Under the pieces are notes generated by a model. The model saw only the letters and a program-made list of their open reading frames with translations, was not told the DNA's origin and did no database searches. DNA of 21,039 nt from Candidatus Aenigmatarchaeota archaeon (GTDB taxonomy: Archaea > Aenigmatarchaeota > Aenigmatarchaeia > Aenigmatarchaeales > JACQIB01), in contig JBHIDR010000012.1 in the NCBI GenBank assembly GCA_046760225.1, positions 1 through 21,039 on the forward strand, read 5' to 3'. Shown one piece after another: positions 7,621 to 15,400 of this stretch; positions within the stretch are counted from its first letter, which is position 1; each line of letters opens with the position of its first letter. A program made the translations under genes and the position numbers.

Positions 7621-7917
7621 ATGGGAAATATAATAAAAAAGCTAAAGAAAGAGGGCAAGCTAGGAGGGAAAAGAAGGACTTCTACTTCGCCAATGGGCGG
7701 GTTTAGTGCTGTTGATGCTTTTGGAAGGTACAAGGTAGAGGAAGTAGATATTAATGGCATGAAAATACGGGTTGTTGTTGAAAGGAGCATGACAACGGGT
7801 GAGAAAGAGGTTCTGGGTGTCTATGAAGGCACAAATGAGGACCGCAGCAAGAGCTACTGGACAATAGAGGACAAGGACTTCTATGATAAGCTAACCACCA
7901 AGCTGAAGGAGAGATAG
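7621..7917 (+). CDS. Hypothetical protein (98 aa), probably co-transcribed with valS
   Basis: Starts 3 nt after the valS stop, preceded by GGAGG; codon style resembles neighbours. No recognised family. Confidence 0.7.
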   Translation: MGNIIKKLKKEGKLGGKRRTSTSPMGGFSAVDAFGRYKVEEVDINGMKIRVVVERSMTTGEKEVLGVYEGTNEDRSKSYWTIEDKDFYDKLTTKLKER

Positions 7918-7961
7918 TTAACTTTATATACTAGTTAGTAGTAAATATATTAGTGGTTTTC

Positions 7962-8171
7962 ATGTCAAAAAAGAAGAAAAGCAAGAAAAAGAAGGAGACA
8001 TCTTATCTTACGGGCATGAATCTTGCAGACACTACGATACTTGGTAAGGAACTGCCCCATGGCACCTATGATCCCAGGTCAGCTGACAAGGTGGTACTGA
8101 GAAGCCTTGGGATAATTGGAGAGGAGCCAAGGAGAAAGAAAGACAAGCATGAACTGAGCATGTACCAGTGA
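7962..8171 (+). CDS. Small basic hypothetical protein (about 69 aa)
   Basis: Own TATA box TTTATATA (7923-7930); start ATG 7962 or GTG 7953; Lys-rich N-terminus MSKKKKSKKKK. Confidence 0.6.
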   Translation: MSKKKKSKKKKETSYLTGMNLADTTILGKELPHGTYDPRSADKVVLRSLGIIGEEPRRKKDKHELSMYQ

Positions 8172-8258
8172 CTGCCTAATTTTAAATATCACCAAAAGAA
8201 TACACTTTCTATGCAAACCAAGAGAAAACTTTGACCAAATTCTTCTAGTGTGAGCTCT

Positions 8259-9467
8259 ATGGCTGATGACAAGAATATCAAAAAACTGAAGAAACTGATT
8301 GAGGAACTGCAGAGGATCAAGGGAAGGCATACAGAGCTTGTCACAGTTTATATACCAGCAGGCTACAAGCTGGTTGATGTGATTAACCAGCTAAAGCAGG
8401 AGCAGGGCACTGCTGTGAACATAAAGAGCAAGTCAACCAGAAAGAACGTCCTGGGTGCGCTCGAGAAGGCAATACAGCACCTCAAGGTCTATGCCAGAAC
8501 ACCTACTAATGGCCTGGCTGTTTTCAGCGGCAATATCTCTGAAAAAGAGGGTATGAGCGACATAAAGGTCTGGGGTGTGGAGCCGCCAGAAACACTTAAA
8601 GTAAAGATGTACTGGTGCGGCCAGACATTCAGGATGGAGCCGCTTCTTGACATGGTCAGGGAAAAGGAGGTGTATGGGCTGGTTGTGCTGGACCTCAGTG
8701 AGGCCACAATAGGGATTCTGAGAGGAAAGACCATAAATGTTGTCAAACATATTGATTCAATAGTTCCAGGAAAGGTAGCTAAAGGAGGCCAATCAGCTGC
8801 TCGTTTTCAGAGAGTAAGGGAAGGCCTGATACATGACTTCTTCAAGTCTGTTGCTGAATCCATGAAGAATGTGCTTGGTGATGACATAAGGGGCATAATC
8901 CTGGGAGGACCAGGGCCTGCAAAGGATGACTTTATGAGGGGTGAATTTCTCCAGGCAAGCATAAAGAACAGGATACTTGGAGTAAGAAGCACTGGGTATG
9001 CTGATGAAGCTGGCTTGCATGAGCTTCTTGAAAGGGGCAAGGACCTTATTGCACAGGCAGCTGTTGCAAAGGAAAAGGAAATACTGAAAAAATTCTTTGA
9101 GCACCTGCAAAAGGAAACAGGGCTGGTCACGTACGGAATCCAGGCTGTTTTAAGGGCTTTAGAGGCAGGCGCAGTTGATATATTGCTTATTTCCGAAAAA
9201 CTGGACTGGATAGAAGCAGAATTCGTATGCAGCTGCGGCTATTCATACAAAAAATTCATAAAGAAAGCAAAGATAAGCCAGGAAAAATGCCCTAAATGCA
9301 AAGGACCTGTTAATTTAATGGGCGAGAGGGACATAGAGGAGGCAATGGAGGAGATGGTAAAGGAATATGGCACAGAGCTGGAGGTTGTTTCAAGGGAGAC
9401 AAAGGAAGGGAGCCAGCTGGCAGCATTAGGAGGCATAGGAGCAATGCTGAGGTACAGTCTGGCATAA
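8259..9467 (+). CDS. prf1: Peptide chain release factor aRF1
   Basis: NIKS, YWCGQTF (YxCxxxF), GGQSAARF, zinc-ribbon insert CSCG...CPKC, C-terminal LGGIGAMLRY. Confidence 0.97.
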   Translation: MADDKNIKKLKKLIEELQRIKGRHTELVTVYIPAGYKLVDVINQLKQEQGTAVNIKSKSTRKNVLGALEKAIQHLKVYARTPTNGLAVFSGNISEKEGMSDIKVWGVEPPETLKVKMYWCGQTFRMEPLLDMVREKEVYGLVVLDLSEATIGILRGKTINVVKHIDSIVPGKVAKGGQSAARFQRVREGLIHDFFKSVAESMKNVLGDDIRGIILGGPGPAKDDFMRGEFLQASIKNRILGVRSTGYADEAGLHELLERGKDLIAQAAVAKEKEILKKFFEHLQKETGLVTYGIQAVLRALEAGAVDILLISEKLDWIEAEFVCSCGYSYKKFIKKAKISQEKCPKCKGPVNLMGERDIEEAMEEMVKEYGTELEVVSRETKEGSQLAALGGIGAMLRYSLA

Positions 9468-9484
9468 ACTTTAAAAAGGATAGC

Positions 9485-9492
9485 TTTATATA
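9485..9492 (+). promoter_or_regulatory. TATA box upstream of small ORF 9528
   Basis: TTTATATA preceded by a purine-rich BRE-like stretch (AAAAAGGATAGC); AGGTGA Shine-Dalgarno at 9516-9521. Confidence 0.55.
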
Positions 9493-9527
9493 TTACTTCT
9501 GAGTAATAGTAAATAAGGTGAACAGTG

Positions 9528-9635
9528 ATGTGCGACATGAGAAAATTTGCTATGGATGAAGGAATTAATCCGAGAGAGAAGAGAGAAACTTATCAGTCAA
9601 CTCCAAAGGAAGACGCTTACAGCTCATTTGTTTGA
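9528..9635 (+). CDS. Candidate small protein, 35 aa (MCDMRKFAMDEGINPREKRETYQSTPKEDAYSSFV)
   Basis: Below the ORF-track cutoff; has a TATA box and AGGTGA Shine-Dalgarno 6 nt before the ATG; fills the gap between prf1 and the convergent NYN gene. Confidence 0.5.
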   Translation: MCDMRKFAMDEGINPREKRETYQSTPKEDAYSSFV

Positions 9636-9638
9636 GAT

Positions 9639-9663
9639 AAAAAGGAAGAAAAAGGGAGAAAAA
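9639..9663 (-). terminator. Pyrimidine/U-tract terminator after the NYN gene
   Basis: TTTTTCTCCCTTTTTCTTCCTTTTT (three T5 runs) immediately after the TAG on the minus strand; typical archaeal U-rich terminator. Confidence 0.6.
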
Positions 9664-10140
9664 CTAGCCAACAAGTTCTACGTGGTCTGAGGCGTGCTTC
9701 AGGCTGGTTGCAAGACCGGGCTTAGCGCCAATCAAAACAACAACCTTGCCCTTTTCCTTTGCTTTCTGGACAAGGGCCAAAAAGTCAGCATCCCGGGTTG
9801 CCAGTGCAATTATATCGATTTCAGGATTGCCTATTGCCTCCATGGCATGCACGCACACTGTCACGTCAACATCTGTTTTCTGCTCAGGGTCTCCGAGGGC
9901 AATAATTGACTCGAATCCCTCGTTTGCAACAGCCTCTATGAGCTTCTCGCTTGCGAACTGGTTGAGAAAGACCTTTCCTATGATTATCCTTCCATACTTC
10001 TCAACCCTTCTGCGCAGGTCGCGCAAATCAATGTTGAACTCCTTCCTTATCATGTTGGGCCCGTCCACAAAGAGTGCGACCTTGGCCTTGTCCTCAGACA
10101 ACCTGCCGAGCTTTTTCCTGAAGTTCTTAAAAACAGCCAT
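9664..10140 (-). CDS. NYN-domain (LabA/DUF88, TIGR00288-like) PIN-fold protein
   Basis: ALFVDGPNMIRKEF, KTDVDV, ATRDADF.ALVQKAKEKGK.V, SLKHASD motifs. Confidence 0.9.
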   Translation of the reverse strand: MAVFKNFRKKLGRLSEDKAKVALFVDGPNMIRKEFNIDLRDLRRRVEKYGRIIIGKVFLNQFASEKLIEAVANEGFESIIALGDPEQKTDVDVTVCVHAMEAIGNPEIDIIALATRDADFLALVQKAKEKGKVVVLIGAKPGLATSLKHASDHVELVG

Positions 10141-10176
10141 AAAATTCTCCCTGATAAAGCCTAGTTCCAGAAATAT

Positions 10177-10971
10177 TTAAAGCTTCAAAGCAAAGAAGCT
10201 GATTGCATTATTTCTACAGGCTTCCCATATCTTGTCGAAGGACAGTTTCTTGATTTCAGCTATTTTCCGGGCAACTATTTTTATTGCTGTGGGCTCGTTC
10301 CTGATGCTCTGGTCTATTACCCATGAATCATCCTGCTTCTTAACTCCGAGCCAGGGAGAATCTGTTTCCAACATCATCCTTTCAAGCGGGGTATCTCTTG
10401 CTACCTTCCTGTAGCCCTTGCTCCGCAACACGGTTGTGTTGAGGGAGACAAAATAGCCTAGCTCATTGACCTTGTCCATTAGTTCCTTATGATGGCCTCC
10501 CCACATATGAAGCAGCACCCTGCTTGCCTTGTTCTCCTCAAGGATCCTCAATGTGTCTGGGTGCGCGTCCCTGGAGTGTATGACAAGCGGGAGATTGAGC
10601 CTGTTTGCTAGCCTAATCATTTCAGCAAAGAGCTTTCTTGATTTTTCCTGCAGCTCAGGCTCCTTGATCCAGGCATAGTCAAGGCCAACCTCACCTATTC
10701 CAACTATCTTGTCCTTGTTGTTGATTATTTTCTTGATGTATTCAGACATTCCTTCTTCTGTTATTTTCTTCATGAACTCAGGATGGAAGCCAGCTGTTAT
10801 GAATACAAATCCTTTGTACTTATTGGCTATATTTAACGACTTCTCGAAGTCAACAGGCCGGGAGCAGGAAGAAACAACAGCCCTGAGTCCAGCATTGCGG
10901 CATCTTTGAATGACTTGGTCGAGGTATTCGGAAAACTCAGGTTGCTCTAAATGGCAATGAGAATCTATCAT
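10177..10971 (-). CDS. tatD: TatD family nuclease/hydrolase
   Basis: MIDSHCHL, GFHP, GIGEVGLDY, PLVIHSRDA, LLHMW, LETDSPWL, RNEP. ATG at 10971 overlaps the stop of the upstream small ORF (ATGA). Confidence 0.93.
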   Translation of the reverse strand: MIDSHCHLEQPEFSEYLDQVIQRCRNAGLRAVVSSCSRPVDFEKSLNIANKYKGFVFITAGFHPEFMKKITEEGMSEYIKKIINNKDKIVGIGEVGLDYAWIKEPELQEKSRKLFAEMIRLANRLNLPLVIHSRDAHPDTLRILEENKASRVLLHMWGGHHKELMDKVNELGYFVSLNTTVLRSKGYRKVARDTPLERMMLETDSPWLGVKKQDDSWVIDQSIRNEPTAIKIVARKIAEIKKLSFDKIWEACRNNAISFFALKL

Positions 10972-11066
10972 TTTACCTTTCTCCACTTATGGGAGCCTTT
11001 TTTCTTCTTCCTTTTCTTGCTGTACTTTTTCTGAGCTTTCCTGCATCCATAAGGATATCTTGACAT
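10968..11066 (-). CDS. Small highly basic protein, 32 aa (MSRYPYGCRKAQKKYSKKRKKKKGSHKWRKVK)
   Basis: AGGTGA Shine-Dalgarno at 11071-11076, 4 nt before the ATG; its TGA overlaps the tatD ATG; 16 of 32 residues are K/R. Confidence 0.65.
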   Translation of the reverse strand: MSRYPYGCRKAQKKYSKKRKKKKGSHKWRKVK

Positions 11067-11107
11067 CCAATCACCTTACTTTTATATGGATGTTATAAAT
11101 AAATAAT

Positions 11108-11467
11108 ATGCGCATAGTCCTGGACACCAATTTTCTGGTGCTTGCTGTCAAGGAGAAAATCGGGATATTCCTGCAGCTAAGGGGCAAGAGAATATACGTG
11201 ATAGGACCTGTGATGAAGGAGCTGGATAAAATAGCAAAGGGAAGGAGCAAGGACGCTGTTGCAGCCAGGGTGGCGCTCATGATAGTAAAGACCAAGAACA
11301 TGAGAAAGCTGAGAACAGGGTTCCGGAGCGCAGACAGGGCATTGCTGGAAAAAGCAAGGAAAGGTTATGTTATAGCAACGCAGGACAGTGTATTGAGAAG
11401 GAGGATAAAGAAGGCAGGGGGAAAAGTTTTATATATAAGGCAGAAAAAGTATGTGGTATTTGAATAA
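11108..11467 (+). CDS. PIN-domain protein, archaeal Fcf1/Utp24-like
   Basis: IVLDTNFL, V..EL, ADRALL, IATQD..LRRRI, V.YIRQKK; sits in its usual position upstream of rpo7. Confidence 0.88.
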   Translation: MRIVLDTNFLVLAVKEKIGIFLQLRGKRIYVIGPVMKELDKIAKGRSKDAVAARVALMIVKTKNMRKLRTGFRSADRALLEKARKGYVIATQDSVLRRRIKKAGGKVLYIRQKKYVVFE

Positions 11468-11539
11468 GGGCATTTTAACTGAAATCAATCCACTTATAAA
11501 GGTACTGAGCATAATATCTATAAATTTGAGGTGAAAAAA

Positions 11540-12148
11540 TTGTACCAGGTATGCACAATAGAAGATGTGATAGCAGTTTCTCCAGTAAAATTTGCACTTG
11601 ACCTGGATGCTGCAATAAAGGAGAGCATACAGGAGAAGTATGAAGGAAAAATAGACATGGACATTGGAGTGATATTGGCTGTTGTTGAGGTAAATGACGT
11701 CCAGGAAGGAAAAGTGCTTCCAGGCGACCCCTCTGTGCATTATCCGGTAAAATTCGTGATTCTTACCTGGATGCCAAGGGACCATGAGATTGTTGAAGGC
11801 GAGGTGGTTGATGTCACAGAATGGGGGGCTTTCATAAGGGTAGGGCCACTGGACGGTCTTGTCCATATATCACAGGTAATGGATGACTATGTGAGTTATG
11901 ATGAGAAGAATTCCCAGCTTGCTGGAAAAACAAGCAGAAGGATACTCAAGATGGGCGACAAGGTAAGGGCAAGAGTGATATCAATAAGCCTTAAGGAACA
12001 ATCAAAAGTAGGGCTTACAATGAGGCAGCCGTTTCTTGGCAACCTGAAATGGCTTGAGGAGAAAGCAAAGGAAAAAGCCAAGGAAAAGAAGGAAGAGAAA
12101 AAGAAAGAAGCACCCAAGAAGAAAGCAAAGAAGACAAAGAAGAAATAA
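11540..12148 (+). CDS. rpo7: DNA-directed RNA polymerase subunit Rpo7 (E')
   Basis: EG.V.PGD, EIVEGEVVDVTEWGAFIRVGPLDGLVHISQVMDD (S1 domain), KVGLTMRQPFLG; Lys-rich tail. TTG at 11540 (giving MYQV...) preferred because the GTG at 11531 is part of a GAGGTGA Shine-Dalgarno. Confidence 0.96.
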   Translation: MYQVCTIEDVIAVSPVKFALDLDAAIKESIQEKYEGKIDMDIGVILAVVEVNDVQEGKVLPGDPSVHYPVKFVILTWMPRDHEIVEGEVVDVTEWGAFIRVGPLDGLVHISQVMDDYVSYDEKNSQLAGKTSRRILKMGDKVRARVISISLKEQSKVGLTMRQPFLGNLKWLEEKAKEKAKEKKEEKKKEAPKKKAKKTKKK

Positions 12149-12181
12149 TGCCTATATTATATATGCACTTTGGTGATATGA

Positions 12182-12367
12182 ATGGCTAAGCGGGCATGCA
12201 AGACATGCAGAAGGATTGTAAAGGGCAATATCTGCCCTGTTTGCAAGGCAAGTGATCTTACCAAGAACTGGAAAGGCATACTGGTGGTTGTTGATCCTGC
12301 TAATTCAGAGATTGCAAAGGAAGCTGGGATAACCAGCCCTGGCAAGTTTGCCATAAGGGTCAAGTAA
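12182..12367 (+). CDS. spt4: Transcription elongation factor Spt4 (RpoE'')
   Basis: ACKTCRRI...CPVC, W.G..VV.DP..SEIAK..GI..PGKFAIRV; GGTGA Shine-Dalgarno upstream. Confidence 0.96.
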   Translation: MAKRACKTCRRIVKGNICPVCKASDLTKNWKGILVVVDPANSEIAKEAGITSPGKFAIRVK

Positions 12368-12473
12368 TTCATAAATGATGTACTATTCGGCTTTTTTCTA
12401 AAGAAAACACTACACTAGACATGCCTATTTATATTGTTTCGCTATGTAATTAATGTTAAGCAAGGTATTTTTT

Positions 12474-15400
12474 ATGGCAACAGGGAAGAAGGGACATAGC
12501 TTTGAGAATCTGCCGGAGTTTGAAAAAGAGATAGTAAGGATAATACAAAAAAAGGGCCAGACTGCTTCTATTGACATTGCAAGAATAATGTATCCTGACT
12601 TGCTTAACATCAGACCAAAGGTGTCACAGGTCAGTGTAAGCCTTAAAAGACTGGAGAAAAAGGGTGTTCTGAAGCGAACTAAGAAGGAAGGCAGGAAGGC
12701 CTATTATAATTTGAGGGTGCCGATAAAGCAAAGGAGAATACAGAGAAAAATAAGAACCAGGAAGCCTGTGAGGCCAAAAATACCCATGGAAGAGAAGCCG
12801 AAACAACCTATGCAGCCTGCTGCAAAGCCGAGGATAAGCACATTCTCGAAATACCATACAAAAAGAATAGGCATTGTGTTTGCTGCACTAGTGATTTTGG
12901 GGCTTATAATCAGTTTTGGTGGAATAACAGGACTTTTTCTGCAGGAGAACATACAGCTCAGCATTGTCAGCAACCAGCTAGAAGGTGGGCAGGAGCTGGC
13001 CTATAGCATACGTAATATACAGCCCCAAAAGATGACAGATATTACAGCGCAGATAATACTGCCTGCTGAGAGCAGTATAATGGATTCTGGGGGTGCGGTT
13101 GTCCAAGAAGAGGCTGACAGGACAATATTGACATGGTCTATTGATTCTATGGAGTCAGATGAAACAAAATCCTTTGTTTTTACAGGAGTTGTTGACGGAA
13201 GAGTTGAGATGGCTGCAAGCGGTACAATAAAAGGGACTGAAGTAGCAGCTGCAGACCCTTACCAGGCAAGTGTGGGAGCTGACAGCTATTATTATCATTC
13301 ATTGGATGCAGGAGAAGGCTATGTTGAGGACATCACTATCTTTGCTACTGCAAGTATGATCGGAGTGGAACTGCCTGAAGAAAATATTACAGAGGAAATT
13401 CCGCAAGCTGGGGAGAACATAACAGAAGAGGAAATAATAGAGAACATAACAGAAAACATCACTGAGCAAGAGCTGAACATAACTGAGAACATTACAGAGA
13501 ACATCACTGAAAATGTGACTCAGAACATAACAGAAAATATTACGCAGCCAGAACAAAACATCACAGAAAACATAACGCAGAACGAGACAATTGGGGAGCC
13601 AGAAGCAAATGAGACACAAGAACCAGAACAAAATGAAACAATTGGAACAGAAGAGACTTCACAGGAACCAGAGCAGAATGAGACAGAGGAACCAGAAACA
13701 AATGAAACACCTGAAGAGCAATCAGAAGTCTCGAACATAACAGGAGCGTTCCTTGGCGGCGATAGCTATGTAACATTGAATGTATATATTGACAGTGATA
13801 ATGAGGTGAATGGCAATGAAGGCTTCATAGGAGAAATTATTTTTAGTGGAATCTGGAGCGGAGATGTTAGTGCGTCCTTCCCACCAGAGACATATCCTGC
13901 TTCATCAAATATTGTAACATATTCAACAGATGATGTCAATATCGAGTTCAGTGAAATCATAATCACGAAGAGATTCGAGAAAGAGATAAGCAGCAGCAAG
14001 CTGGTGGATGTTTATGGTGTAAATGTCACAGAAGTTCCTTATACAAAACTTGAGGAAGATGTTACTTATGATGCAATAATAGATTCTGCAGAACTTGATG
14101 AAAGCGGAACACTGACAGTGGTGTTCCATCATGACTCACCTGTTCCACAGCCGATTTACATTGAAGCTGATTTTGATTATACTTTAAGCAAAGACCAGTC
14201 AAGTTCAGGTGAGAGCGTCATTCTTACTGTCCTGAACTGGACAGAAGATGATTACTTTGAGGTATACATAGGTGGTGCAACAGAAGTTGTTGCATTCGGT
14301 GCACCAGAATACTATGACTTTGATGCAAGTGTGCTGGGTGCTGAAGGGGAAAAGCAGAACGTGACAGTCGAGTTCAAGAACGCAAGGACAAAGAAGCTCA
14401 GGAAGAAGACCAAAGGACTAGACAATGTAGTGAAGGTCAAAGAAGGTAAGTATGATATTGAGATGAATCCTGTAGAGGGTCCTGTTAAGAAAATAGTTTT
14501 TGAAAACATAAAGCTTAAAGAAAACATCTCCGAGTTCGTGAAACTTGATACAAATGTTTCTGTTGAGGGTTATGACAAAACATATGCAATTGATCCAACT
14601 GCATTTAATTTCACAAATGCAACTGTCACAGTGACAGCAACAGGAACAACACTGTACAAGTGTAAGGATTGGAACCTTGAAACACAATCATGTTATGGAA
14701 GTTGGGTACTTTTCAAATCTGACCTGGTTCCAGGAGAGAACTATACATTCACATTGACTCCAGAAGATCCCGCGTTTTCAGAAACATTACAGCCAAACGC
14801 GACAATAGGAATTGATACATTTGTCAATCAAAAAGCCCCAACCACAAATTATGGTAGCCAGACAATGCTGGTTGCTGGCGAATCTGGCGGCAAATACGCA
14901 GGCATACTTATAAAATTCACGGGTAACATCCCTGCAAATGCAAACATAACATCAGCTGCATTGAAGCTTTACTTCTATGATTCTCCGACAAACCCAACTA
15001 ATCAAATAAACCTGTCAACAAGACTAATCACTTCAAACTGGAATGAGTCTGATGTAACTTGGAACACAAGGCCTACTTACTCTAGTCAGTATTCCGACAA
15101 AATCACTTTAACAAACAGCTATGGCTGGGTTGAATGGGATGTGACTGAAATGGTTCAGGGATGGGTCAATGGCAGTTATACAAACCATGGTATCGCTGTT
15201 ATTCCAGATACAGGAACAGCCAGCACTGACAAGAGGTTCTACAGCAGTGATTATTCAAATGCATCGCTGCATCCCCTTTTAGAGACCAATTACACAACAG
15301 GACAGATTAACATAAGCATAGCATGGCCCATAAACAATACCCAGCACGGCAATGGCATTGTAATGAGCGAGTTCAATGTTTCAAGCGAGTACAATATAAC

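Noticed and set aside
8259..9467. Stop-codon reassignment suggested by the very long ORF or by aRF1
   Set aside because: aRF1 motifs NIKS, YxCxxxF and GGQ are normal, and TAA, TAG and TGA all end conserved genes at expected lengths.
9664..11467. NYN/TatD/PIN cluster as a toxin-antitoxin or defence system
   Set aside because: All three look like widespread archaeal housekeeping families; the PIN gene is in its usual position before rpo7 and no antitoxin-like partner is evident.
12060..12148. Lys-rich C-terminal tail of Rpo7
   Set aside because: Charged low-complexity tails are common on archaeal Rpo7 and other proteins of small-genome archaea; no specific signal.
12394..12407. TTTTCT-AA-AGAAAA palindrome as an operator for the wHTH domain
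   Set aside because: Short, AT-rich, overlaps the likely spt4 terminator T-tract and occurs once; easily chance.
13380..13742. Possible CRISPR array or non-coding tandem repeat
   Set aside because: Units are 12 nt, in frame, vary mostly at synonymous positions and have no spacers; no cas genes in the window.
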